DNA of 64,000 nucleotides from Selaginella moellendorffii (taxonomy: Eukaryota > Plantae > Lycopodiophyta). This document shows, one piece after another, positions 1 through 12,495 of this stretch; the stretch's first letter is position 1, and each line of letters begins with the position of its first letter. Under the pieces are notes generated by a model. That model ran no database searches. It had not been told where the DNA came from and saw nothing but the letters and a program-made list of their open reading frames with translations. Position numbers and translations under genes: made by a program. The stretch covers positions 875,183 to 939,182 of the forward strand of contig NW_003314317.1 in assembly GCF_000143415.4 (NCBI RefSeq), in the 5' to 3' direction.

Positions 1-98
1 CCTGGAATTTTAACCTCAGTTGTTAAAATATAACAGATGATTTTTGCATTACACTACAAATATAAAATAAACTAGAATTACTTACATACATACACACA

Positions 99-309
99 AA
101 TCATTAAGTTAGAATAACCCATAATAACTTTTTTATTAAAATATAATTATTCTAAAATTTTATTTTACATATTTTATAGTAAATAATTATATTATTATTA
201 AAATTAAAATTTTAATAATAATTATTTACTATAAAATATGTAAAATAAAATTTTAGAATATTTATATTTTAATAAAAAAGTTATTATGGGTTATTCTAAC
301 TTAATGATT
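99..309. repeat. AT-rich near-perfect inverted repeat (foldback/MITE-like hairpin), ~92-bp arms
   Basis: 99-190 (AATCATTAAGTTAGAATAACCCATAATAAC...) is the reverse complement of ~218-309 with one mismatch; ACA flanks both ends. Confidence 0.85.
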
Positions 310-1166
310 ACATCTTGCTTACAATTTCTCTTGCATCATGCTTGAATTGGAGGCTATTTATCAGCAAATATAGATAGTTTATAAACTAAGTCTTCAAACT
401 TCTCATTTGAATTATTACCAAGATTTGTAATAAGTTAAGTAAATTTTACTAGCAAGATTTGCATTAAAGGCATTTCACTTACGCTTGTGCTACACCACTA
501 CCTCCATGCTCCTTTACTCATTGATGCCTCGCAATCACTACAATAATGACTAGCATAGGTAGCACACTTGAGCACCATTCATTTTTATGGCAAATTGATT
601 TGATAATGAGTTGTTACACACTCTTTAGAGAATTTTGACCTCTATGACCACTATTTTATTATTTTAATCTTGTGAGATATGAGTTAGTACACATTTTGGG
701 AGTTTTTGGTTCATTTTGCATCCATTCTTGGAGCTTCAATTGCATAGCTAGGGTTCATTGGAGCAATCTTTATGCCTTACCTATTTCAAGTTTGAGAATA
801 GGTTGGGGGTTATTAATTTTAATGTCTCCAATCATTCACTTTTAGATGAACAATTTACATGTGATATATTATATCTCAAGATTGATTTGTGGTGCATAAG
901 GGGAACTCACAAATTAGTTTCCTTTGCTTGCTGGATTTGACATTTGCAAACTCACATATATGTTAAACTTTTACTGCCATGCCTCTCCTACACCAATTTA
1001 TAATTAATAATTAAAATATATTAAATAAATTTATATTAAACCAAAGTATATTTTAAATATATTTCTTACACAATAAGCAAGTCATATAATCACTTTGTGA
1101 TTAACTTTGTGATTAGGTGCATATGCAACAATTATTCAGGTCGGCAACAATATTAAAAATTCATAT

Positions 1167-3067
1167 TATGACGGCCAAGCGTACAACTACAATGCCGTAT
1201 ACTAATATTAGCATAGTGGGATTTTGGTAGCTGTCGAATTGATTTCCACTCACTTCTATATATAAGCTAAGGTTTTTTGAGCTAATGAATATGCATATTT
1301 TCTGTATTCCCTTTCCATATTCCATACACTCACATTAATGGAGATGGGAGGCATTTTTTATTGTCTCTAAGGAATGTTTGGGATTTTGGTTTAGATCTAG
1401 CTTTTGCATCGTTTAGATTTAGTTTTTTCCATTTCCTTTCTTTTGTTTTTTCTTTTCAGGATTTTGGTTTAAATCTAGCTTTTTGCATTGTTTAGATCTC
1501 CATTTCTTCTATCTTTTTGTCATTCCTCTTCTTCCACTCTTTCCTTTTCGTTTAACTTCATGGCAGATTAGCAATCTCCTCCTTTGATTCTGGAGCAACA
1601 GTTGGTACAATTGCTTGATGCTATGTGTTTGCAATTGAACACCCAAACTCAATTGATGGCGACATTCATGGCATGTGGTACAACTCTTCCTACTCTTGAT
1701 GCCAATCCTTGTGTTCAGCCGAAGTTTTTCACGGAATCTTGGGGATGATGTGTACTATTGGTTCAATCACTTCACGGTGATTGCCACATATCATTCTTGG
1801 GATGATGCTTGCCATTTGCGTGAGTTTCCCATGTCTCTCCAAAGGACAATGTTGCAGTGGTACAATGGTTTGAGCGTAGCCACTGGTGGGGATTGGAGTG
1901 TTCTCCCAAACATCTTCAAACGTGCATTCAGACATGCTAACGATTGTGATGATGCCTTTCAACAATTGCATCATCTTTGCCAAAGGCCATCAAAATCGGT
2001 GATGCAATTTAACATTTGTTTCCGAAGTCTTTTACTTCGTGCGGAGCCAAATGTGTTGGAGCGGATCAAGCTAAGAATGTTGTGGCTAGCACTCTGTCAA
2101 AATCTTGTTAGAGTTGTGCTTGCACTTACTCCAACAACCCTTGATGATGCTCTTCACTTGACACAACATTATAAAATGTTATGTCTTCCACCCATCCTTT
2201 CGCTCCCCTTCCTGTGGACGATAGTTCTGTTCCAATGGAAGTTGATGCTGCTGCTGCTCGAGTCCAAGGACAAGGGCGAGGACATGGTCGTGGCTGTGAC
2301 ATTCGTTGTTGGGCATGTGATGAAGTTGGTCACACTTATCGGTGTTGTCGGCATTTTCCGGATTGGTGACCTCCATTTCCTAGGTGGAGACCTTGGTGTT
2401 AACAACGTCCTGTTAGTGTTGCTGCAGTGGAAGGTCTAGACACTGAGATGCATTCGGGAAACAAAGGATTCACACGAGTAACAGAAGGACCTTCTGCGAA
2501 TAAGTCAACGACCCCTCCATTTTTCTTTCAGGAGTATCATCAAGGGGTTCACTCGGCACTGGTTCATCCAGTGTTTACTTTCCAAGCTCGTTTTTATAAC
2601 AAGAGGTCTCCTATTATTCTCTCCGTGTTGGTTGATACAAATTCGAGTTTATCTTCTATTGCTCGACCTGTTGCCACACGTTGCCATCTACACTTGTGTT
2701 GTGCGGTAGAACCAGTTTTCATTCTTTATGGCAACGGCTGTACACATGCATGTGCATGAGATGAGGTGAACTTAGTTGTGTGTGTGGACGATTTCGAACT
2801 TGAGTTGTAGTCATTGCAAGTGGTGCCAAGTCAAGTTTTTGACTTCATCCTTGGTATGGATTGGTTGCAACGCAATCATGCCAAGTATGACTTTGAGGTT
2901 TCTCCCCCTTGTCTCATACTTCGTTATGTTTCATCCATTCCTCTCACTTCTATACTTTTTCATCTCTTTACTTTTACCTCTGCTTCCATTACTTTTGTTC
3001 CCCCACTATTTCCTCCTATGTTTCCATCTTGTTTTGCTCTTCCCTTTTCCGATCCCTCCGACAATCT
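1167..3067 (+). mobile_element. Ty3/gypsy LTR retrotransposon, 5' half (5' LTR 1167-1334, degenerate PBS, gag, protease), degenerate
   Basis: LTR matches the LTRs at 3141, 45290, 50698, 51523 and 55932; gag remnant DDVYYWFNHF, CCHC knuckle CWACDEVGHTYRCC, protease remnant LVDTNSS...FDFILGMDWL; homology stops abruptly at ...FSDPSDNL (3067). Confidence 0.9.
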
Positions 3068-3140
3068 ACTTTCTAAATCATTTAAAAGTTTTTAAATCAT
3101 TCAAGGCATGATCTGATCCACTAAATAGAATTTATGATAT

Positions 3141-6100
3141 TGTGAGTGCATGGAATATAGAAAGGGAATACAAAAAATATGTATATCCATTAGCCCAAAA
3201 AACCCTAGCTTGTATACAGGAGTGAGTTGTCCGGATTAAAATCAATCCAACAGCTACTAAAATCCCACTACGCTAATATTAATATATGATATTGTAGCCG
3301 TACACTTGGCCCTCACATCATCCCCTCCTCTTGAAATAATGGAAGACCATCAGGGTTCTCTTGTAGACAGGCCAGGATATGGAGGAATGTTAGGAGGAGG
3401 CATTAGCGGATCTATAGGGGGTATTAACTCCTCCTAATCCCTTTGCATGAAGTATTTCAACTACTACACATTCATAATCTCTAAAGGATTGGCCTGTTGG
3501 ACATCATGCTGAACCTCATAAACTTGTGGTCCAATTTGCTGCAACACCTGATACGGTCCTTTCCACTACACAAGGACCCTTTAAATAAACTACGTACCGT
3601 AAGATGGGGAAAACAGACTAACACTAAATCATCCACTTTGTACTCTGCAGGTGGACGATGATGGGAGTTGTAGTGCCATTGTTGTCCCACTTATATACGG
3701 CCTATGTGTTTAGTAGACTTTGCTTAGACAAGTGGAAGAATGCTCGTCAAATACTGATCTCACGACTTAGCATCGGTAGCTCATGGCAATCGTGAAGATA
3801 AACCCAGCTCCATTAGTAATATTGGATCATGACTATATAAGAGTTTATATGGTGAAGCACCAACAGAACTCTACACCCCTGTGACATATGCATACCGAAG
3901 AGACGGCAAATAACCATCCCAATCCGAATGTTGAAAGTTCACATATTTTGCAATCATCCCTTTGAATGTCCGAACGAGCCATTTCACTAGATTGTCTAAT
4001 TGTGGAGGATAAGCACTCGTGAAAATGTGTTGTATCCCCAACCAAGATGTCAAAACATGAAATGCTTCAGCCATAAATTCAAGACTATTATCCAAAAGAA
4101 TCTACTTTGGACAAGAATGCTGGAATATGACTCAATTGAGGAAGAAGTATCCAACAACAATGGCAAAGGCGCTAGTAAGAGCACCAACTTCCACCCAACG
4201 AGTCAAGTAGTTAGAAGCAATAATAATATATTCATTGCCAGTAGTCGACCATGGAAAAAGGTCCCATACCACCAACTCAAATGGATGGGAAACTGCAATT
4301 GACTCCAACCGTCCTTTTGCAGCACAAGGGGGAGTATTACGAGCTTGGCACCAAACGCAGCTACGTATATACCGGATAATATTATGTCGCATCTTCAGCT
4401 AATAGGAAGACCTGTGCAGCTTCTTGGTTACACAACAATGTCCCATATACCCACCTAGAATAGGAGAATCATAGTAAGCATAGAGAAACTGTGGAATAAA
4501 GACGAAAAGCACCACCAATTGTAAATAATCATCAGGATCCATCCCCACAAAATAAAGAAAGCCATCTTTAAGGTGATATTGAGAATATAAATGCCGGAAA
4601 GGCAAATCATCAGTAAGTGATGCAGAATTCTCAAACCCATCTCGAAGCCTTCAAATCCACAGCCCAATCTTTTGAGCCTTTTGAACCTTATCAAAAGAAG
4701 GTAGATCTTGCTCTACACTTTGTGGACACTGAATGTCAAGTACAACAACCGCCGACAGCACAGAATCCTCGTCTAGAAAATCCACAAATGCTGGAATAAT
4801 AGGCTCGTCAGAAACATAAGAAGAGAGTGGAGAAGGAAGAGGAGCTTGAGAAAGGGCATCAGCATTAACCATAAAACTCCCTAGGTGATGAACAACATTA
4901 AAATCATATATCTAAAGCTTCAAATCCCACTGAGCAGTACGACCAACCAGGTTCTTTCGCTTCAATAATGAAGTAACGACAACATAGTCACCTTCAAGTA
5001 ACGTCCGAGAACTATGTAGATATGTATGAAATTTCTCAAAACCCCAAACTATTGCTAAATACTCCTTTTTAGTTGTAGAGTAGTTCATCTCCGCTAGTAG
5101 TAATATACGGTTTATATACGCAATGGGATGGGTTTGACCAAGCACTTGGACTTTTTTGCATCAACACAACTCCAAGACCAATGTCAGAAACTTCCACGCG
5201 CAAAATAAACGGTTGAGTGTAATCAAGATATACCCAAACCAAAGGAGTCGTCAATAGCTTTTTGAGATCCATGAACGCCCACTCACAATCTAGAGACCAG
5301 ATGAAAGATAACATTGATGACTTCAGCAAAGCTTGCAACGGTGTAGTGCCATTAGAAAGATGATCCACAAAGCAACCAAGATACTACACTTTGTTTAAGA
5401 AGCACTACACTTCGGAGTAATAGCCACAAGTTTGTCAGGATCAACTTGCAAACCTTCACAAGAAATACAGTACCCACGATAAGTTGTGTCCTTGGACCCA
5501 AACATGCATTTCGACCGCTTCAGCTTTAAACTAACGTCCTGTAGCCGATCCAACACTTTACGAACATCACGAACGTGCTCCTCCTATCTCCCCTCCAAAT
5601 GAATCAAGACATCATCAATGAAGTCAGTAGTCACCTCCAGCATATTGCAAAAAACTTCATCCATCATCCGTTGGAAAGTTGCTAAAGCATTGTTTAAACC
5701 AAATGGCATCACCAAGAACTCGTACAATCCAAATAGTGTATGAAAAGCAGTCTTAGAAATATCTTCTTCGGCCATCAATACTTGGCAATACCCAGAAGCA
5801 AGATCTAGCTTGATGAACTAACAACTTCACCCTAAACGATCCAAAAGATCAGTAGTGAGAAAGAGGGTACACATCCGGGATTGTCACTTCATTTAACGGA
5901 TGATAGTCGATACAGAAATGAATACTCCCATCAGGCTTTGTTATAAGATGGGGTTCACATGCCCAAGGACTCTATGACTTCCAAATAACACCCTTCTCCA
6001 ACATCTCCTTAATGTTTGCATATGAAATTTTGATCTCTTGTGGTGATTGATGACAAACAGGAACCTTGATTGGACGAGAATCCACAGTTGGAATCAAATA

Positions 6101-6170
6101 ACGTGTGGCAATCTTTGCCCCAAACGATAGGCCAAAGTCAAAGAGATCAAAATACTCTTTCATGAGCCAG
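3141..6170 (-). mobile_element. Ty3/gypsy LTR retrotransposon, 3' half (RT, RNase H, integrase, PPT, 3' LTR 3141-3317), inverted relative to the 5' half
   Basis: RT motifs [23 protein letters not shown] and DFIDDVLI; RNase H remnant NYSTTKKEYLAIVWG; integrase remnants CVWCQ and SAYPPQLDNLV; PPT GAGGAGGGGATGA next to an LTR with TGTGAG...CTCACA ends; many stops and frameshifts. Confidence 0.92.
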
Positions 6171-6539
6171 AAATATTTTTTTAAAAAAAAATTGTTCAAA
6201 AGCATTATATAAAGAAGGCTAGGACTAAAGTTTTAATATTCTACTTCAATATCAATTGTGAGTTGTGAGTGCATGGATTAATGAATTTATTATATAGTAA
6301 AATTCTTACTTCATTAATTCATTTTTCCCTTTTTCTCTTTTTCTTTATTTAAGATTTATTTCTATTCTACTATTGGCTTCAGCCTTAACAATCTCTAGCA
6401 TTCAAGTGGTAAAGTTTTTGTTACTAATAAATCTCTTGCTCTCTTGAGGAAATATATATCAATATAATTCAAAAGTAATTCACTCTCTAGTGTTAATTCC
6501 AATAGAAACTATATCTACTTTCTTCTAACAGCACCTCTT

Positions 6540-6700
6540 GCTATGGATTCTCTTGACTATAGGGGTCATGACCTTCTTTTAAGTTTTTGTGATCCACCCT
6601 CACACATCTCATTGATTGTTCTCTTTATGGATTCTCAAGCTTGGCTACTACTACACCTTCCTACGTTGATTATACCTTAATCTCTCTCATCCCACCTTCA
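6540..6700 (+). pseudogene. Possible relic of a LINE-type endonuclease
   Basis: Translatable patches SLDYRGHDLLLSFCD and PSYVDYTLIS resemble EEP endonuclease motifs (S-x-I-D-Y); very degenerate. Confidence 0.2.
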
Positions 6701-6944
6701 TGGTTATGTATTATCTTCATGATTGAGATAATTATCTCCTCTATGTATTTATAATTTGCCCATGTCTTATACCATAGCTCACTTGAATATCTTTTCGCTG
6801 GCATATTAAACTACTAAGTAGCCACATTAATATAGAATACGCAATTAGTAGTTTAAATAATAAATCTTATTTAATGAACAAAATCTTGTGATTTAGGGTT
6901 AAAATATTCTATAAATAGGCAACCTACGGGCTAGTTCTTTCAGC

Positions 6945-9726
6945 ATGGCATCGTCTTCCGTGGCTGCTCCTTTTCAGGAGCTTAAACGTGCCATCAAGGT
7001 TGTGGTGGAGAAACAACTGGCGAGCGAGCAAGATCAGGAGGAGGAGCAGCTGCGGAAGAAGATGCGGAAGGAGAAGGAGCAGCTGCGGGAGAAGGATCTC
7101 CTCCTACTTAAATCTAATGGTAAGCGTAACATGGTATACGGATCTGAGACATTTGATTCGCTTGCAGTGCCCCACGGAACTGGCGGATGTGGTAAGCAAT
7201 TTGTTTCCGCTTGCCCCAAATTTCCTTCTCACTGTATGCCTCAGAATTGTGCTGAGGCATTTGTTCGTGGCCTCGTGTTAGTGCTGGATTTTTTTGTATT
7301 AGCCACGATTTTGTGAGGTTTGCTGGTACTGTGCATGTCTTTCTCTTTGCTTTCATGTAGTCTGGTGTTGTCTTCCCGGTTGTAATTGGTCATTTTGGAT
7401 CTGTAGTTGGGCGTCCCTGCGTCTTTTGTGTTTTGCTGACGAGATGTTGTGTCGTGGCTAGCTATGTCGTTGTGTCATGTTTGCTATGGCGTTTCTATCC
7501 CCTTATTTTTTTTATCGGTTTTTCTTTTGCTACCTGGACCCTTTAGCAGCCATTTCGAGTCGTGGCCGGCTATGTAGATCTGGTTCATCTGTAGTTGGCG
7601 TCCCTGCGTCTTTTTTGTGTTGCGTTTACTTATGATGACGAGATCGTTGTGTGTGTAATGGCTCTTTTCTTTTGTTACTGCGCATCTAGCTGGTTTTTTT
7701 CTTTTTCACATCTTATTTTCCGGCTTTGAACAGTTGCAGACGCAACCAGGTATAACTACGAGCTTCCGACGTCTTTAGAAGCGGGTGACATGTTCCACTT
7801 CTGCCCAGTGGTCTTCCATAAGGAATTCTATTATGTTCGGCAGGTGTGGAAACCATTTTACACACAGATGAGCAAGGTTACCCAAGGGATGGTTAAAGTG
7901 GTACACGTCTCCGGCAACCCCGGCATAGGCAAGTCCCATTTTCTGGTTTACGTGCTCCTTAATCTACTGAAGGAAGGGAAGACCGTCCAGGTGGAGCTCG
8001 TTATTCAGGAAACTGTGGATTATTATGCTTTCTATCCGGACGGGACATACCAGATTCTTGACGGGTTTAACAGGTCGCTGCAAGGGGAGATCCTACTGAC
8101 TGATCAGAGGTTTGTTGGTCACTATGGGCGAATTACGTATATCTTTGCATCTCCCAATAGAGACAACTGGGTGGAAGCCTGGAAGAACATAACCTCGAGC
8201 CACTTCCGACCGCTTTTCATGCCGCCTTGGTCCTTTGAGGAACTAGAAAATCTTTTCTACCAGTACAAGTATCTGGAGGAGAACAGGTTCTCAGATCCTC
8301 GAACAGAGTTTCGTGTGAGAAATCTACTATTTGGTCCTATACCCAGGTGGTACTTCTTCCGCACCCTGGAGATCGGATATCAGGAGATATTAAAGAATGT
8401 ACATAAGGTGGTCAGGGAAGGGGTGCTTCAGGTGCAGGACTTTAGAGGCGCTGATGACAAGGAAGAATATTCATATACGGTGTTCACAATGTGGCCAAGT
8501 GCGGATTTTTCGTATATTCAGTCAATCAGGCCTGTCTCCCAGTGGATTTCACAAAGGATTGCTCAGGTGGCCGCTTACACGGAGGGGTTTGAGACCTTCG
8601 TCTTGCTTGCTGTGGGTGACCCGGCATTGAAAGTCGTTGCTGGGAATTTGTTTGAACGTTATGCTCATGAACGGCTTGCACAGGGGGGAACGTTCAAAGC
8701 CGTGGAAGATGGATCTGATGTGGTGTTGCAAACTCGTCGGATCAAGTATTTTTCTGGTTTGGCAGTGTCGGCGGACCCCGAGTGGAGGAAGGACACAAGC
8801 TACTATTGGGTGCCTAGGAACAAGAACTTCCCCATCGACAGTATAACGCCGAACCATATGATCCAAGTGTCCTTGGCGAAGTCGAGGAAGCCCATGGGTC
8901 GGACTGTCTTCTCCAGACTGCGGTCGGATTTAAACCAGGTAGGTGCAATAGTTTTATTATGTTTGGCACTGAACTCCTAACCGATGCAGGACGCTTATAT
9001 GGTGCTGGTGAAACCTGAGGGTGATAGAAGAAGTGCCCCAGTTATTAAATTTCGAAGTTCGAACGAGCAGAAGGTGCTGTCTGATGAAGACAAGCAGTTG
9101 GTCTTAGTTGGTGATTTGAGGTATTGCCAGATCCAGGCATTATGCAAAAAGTATGGAATTCGTGCAAACCAGCACAAGGAGGTGATGCTTAAGGAACTCG
9201 AGGAACTTGTGGCTTTTGCTAATGTCCAGGATGGTGGTGGCCTGCAAGAGGAGCAACTGAGGTCGATTGTGAAGACTATTGCATTGCGAGGTGGCTTCTC
9301 AGTGGATTCAGGTTGGCGCTATCCGACTCTCGAAGAGCTTTTCACCTCTGTGAAGAACGATATCCATTATGGCGATTACGAACCTTTTTTTGCGCTGGAA
9401 GATGATGCTGTTGAAGACAATGGACATGCAGCGATGGATAATTGGGACATAAAGCTTGGCTTCCATGGGGGTAAGATAAAAAACGTGTTTCAGTTATAAT
9501 CACTGATCAACGTCAAATAATCGCAGGTGGAGCTGCATCCGGGTTTGAATCTGAGATCGTGTACACTGCTCTAATGGAGGAGACCCAGGTGACCTTGAAG
9601 TTGGCGCATCTGGATGGTACTCTATCTGGAAAGCAGGTGAGGGTGAAGGTAGAAGGTCACGAGGGTAGACCGTTGATCTGGAAGTCCTATCAGCCATGTG
9701 AAGGATGTGAGGTCCTCTTTGTATGA
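6945..9726 (+). CDS. Crinkler/RHS-type (CR) protein copy 1: coiled-coil header, P-loop NTPase, restriction-endonuclease-like domain, SAP/HeH-like module; 5 exons
   Basis: In-frame GT-AG model 6945-7119, 7168-7191, 7740-8938, 8990-9470, 9527-9726. Walker A VSGNPGIGKS; motifs FMPPWSFEEL, FGPIPRW, GNLFERYAH and YWVPRNKNFPIDS...IQVS; LRYCQIQALCKKYGIRANQHKEVMLKEL. Confidence 0.8.
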
Positions 9727-11278
9727 GTGAGAGATCTTCTAGTGTACCTATATTTCATATATAGATATGTCTTCTCAGATCACTTTCCTTTAGTAGTTTC
9801 TTGTCTGGAGAAATAATGTTTCTTTCAATCAGCTCAATAGAGTACCCATCTCGTGGCATCTCCAAATGCTTCAAGGATAAAACTTGTTGAGGCAAGGAAG
9901 GGAACAGGGTGGGTGGAGGGGGTATGAGGAGTGGGAGCTGTAGTCGTGGCCTGGTCTGAGTACCCATCGTGGTGCATTTGGGTCTTGAGTTGCTCGGCTT
10001 GAAACTGTTGGAACATGTACAAGTACAGAGTGGGGTCAGAAGCGGAAGTAGAGTCTTCGTCGTGCTAGGTCGAGAGTCAAACAGACACTCCAGTCAACTA
10101 ATTCAAGATTTGGAATACATAAATGGTTGTTTCTATAAAAAGCAAGAAGGTTCCTTTAGAACTAGGATACAAAAGTGGAGAACTTGTTATTGAAAAAGAA
10201 TGCACAAAAAGTTTAAGTCCAGGTATGACACACACCAATTCAAGGTACTTTGCCACTAATAGCATGTTGAAACCATGCAACGTGTTTAACAAGTCACCCA
10301 TTCCCCTTGTCAATAGCAAACTAATAGGCTATGGAAAAGTTTGGTTGGCAATGACGCTGTCAAAGCTAAACTCTTTTAACCATTAAATTATGCATTAGGT
10401 AAGAGATGATGGGTTTAGGCATTTTCAAGATCTAAAGCAATAAAACAATATCTTCTAGAAAGTTTTAAATGCTAGACCCTCTACATCTTGCACGTGTTTT
10501 AGTGAATCACTGAGTAGATAAGGTATGAATGATGCCTAAAGTCTTTTGCCTAACTACAATATAGTTTATTACATAATATTTGAGATTTAATTCTTTTATG
10601 CTTATATCTAAATTATTAAGTAATATTTTGCTAATATATAGATTTTCTTTTGTAATTCTGCTTTTATTTTTATTTCAGGGTTGAAATATATTAGTTTTCT
10701 TGAAATATTAATATTCTAAGTTTATTTATATCCCAAGTAAAAACATACTTTACATGTAACTATAAGAAGCAATTTGTGCTTGCAAGTTTTTGGGGAACAC
10801 CTTGCAAGAGGAAGTATACCTAGAGTGGGTAGCCCAGCAATAAAATGTTTTGTTTTATATAGCAATATACTCTTTAAATATTTTTGGTCAAAATTTAATA
10901 TTATAAATTTATTTTAATAGTATTTAAAACATATAATAAGAAAATATTCTATACAGATGGCCTATCTAGATATCACTAAAACATATCAAAGCCAACACCA
11001 AGTGATGGTATGTCAAGAATATTACCACTCAATTGACTAAATCTGAGTTCACTATAATTTTATGAGTGTGTAGGCATGATTAAAGCTTTAATTTTTAATA
11101 AAAACAAATTTAAAAGCTTTAACAATAAAAGTATATTTATATTATATTTTTCTATGTAGCCATAGTTATTTACAATTTAAATCCTTATCAGAATAATTTA
11201 CTCCATGTAGCATACAGCAATGCTTGATTTTCTTAATAGTAGTGTTATTCTTATTTATTAATTCAATTGATTAAATGG

Positions 11279-11280
<2 letters not shown>

Positions 11281-11308
<28 letters not shown>
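11281..11308. repeat. (AT)14 microsatellite
   Basis: Direct reading; not expanded at the homologous positions (~21848, ~29768). Confidence 0.9.
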
Positions 11309-11312
<4 letters not shown>

Positions 11313-12361
11313 ACAATATTAATTTTATTGAATATCACTAGAATCATACTAGAAAGTTTTTAGGAAATTTATAAGTCATAAACATGTTTATAAATTATGA
11401 CAGTTAGATGGTAGAATATCCTAGAATACACAAGCATATTCTAGGTATATTCACTACCACCCACAAAAAATCAAGATAATGTATGCAGTATTTGATTAAG
11501 CAGTAATATTTTAAATTCTTTTTTCTAGCTACTATTAGTTAATACTATGGAATATAAGATTTGAATTTACATTTTATTTATCATATATATTTATAAAACA
11601 TTTTCTTAGTAATTATTTTTTAAATAACTAAATTATTATTAATTATTTTTAGTCAATGTTCTATTTCTTTGTTTGATAGAATATTAATATAAGTTTATCC
11701 CAGTAAAAACATAATTTACAGAAAAAAGTAAAAATTTAATTTCTAATATTGTATTTTTCTAAATATATTCATCTTTCCAAATAATAATTTTTATCTAATA
11801 TTTTTATTAATAAATATTTACATATTTATTCTTACTTATATATTCATATTATCAATTTCACAAGAGCAAAAATATTCATATTAAATCACATTCACCATGA
11901 TTGCAAGCCCCAAGCTATGCCAACTTTCCATTGGCCAATCAAACATCCACAAAATTTTTGCTGAAACCATACAAACTGGGCTTATCATTGGCTTGCATGC
12001 GATAATACATATATTTGACACGTGTCCATTTGCATTTGCAGATGCCAAGCAAGAAGGCGAATCAATGGTGGAGGTTAGCCACTGACTGTGGCATCTGTGG
12101 AGTGGCGGAGCTGGAGCAAGCTTTCAATGCAGCCAGAACCATCAGAGAGTTGCTTCAGTTCCTGTTCTTCCACGAGAAAGAAAAAGCTTCAAGGCAAGTT
12201 CTTCCTTGTGGTTCTCCTGAGTATCCCATCAGCAAGGGAGTCCACGAGACAGCATTGTAATATCTCATCCTGATAAGAGCTTTGCAAGATGCTTCCACAC
12301 TTGCAATACGTATCATTAACTAAGACGTTTCTCAAAGCCATAGCTTGCAAACCCAAGCCAA

Positions 12362-12495
12362 AACTTTGATGACCTTCCCATCGAGCTCCTTGCCTTCTTC
12401 TCAAGCCACCAATCCCTAGCAAGCCTTGAAAGCAGTGGCAGAGGTTGCATTGTTTGCTACACAGCCAGTAAGACAGGAGAATTTACGTGTTTAGG
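12362..12495 (+). pseudogene. Possible F-box gene relic (also at ~22965 and ~30885)
   Basis: NFDDLPIELLA then, across frameshifts, LLK(L)P...LKAVAEVALFA, resembling an F-box motif; no intact ORF. Confidence 0.25.

Noticed and set aside
310-960. Possible old retroelement relic
   Set aside because: No interpretable motif; too degenerate to assign
6257-6277. TGTGAGTGCATGGA LTR terminus
   Set aside because: Only 14 bp matches the LTR end; too short to call a solo LTR
7192-7739. Cys/Phe/Val-rich small ORFs (also 17677-18003 and 42233-42556)
   Set aside because: They lie in the T-rich second intron of the CR gene, and the frames are not conserved between copies
6945-9726. NB-ARC/NLR resistance gene call for the P-loop genes
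   Set aside because: Lacks kinase-2 LLVLDD, GLPL and MHD motifs and LRRs; the motifs fit CR-type NTPases better
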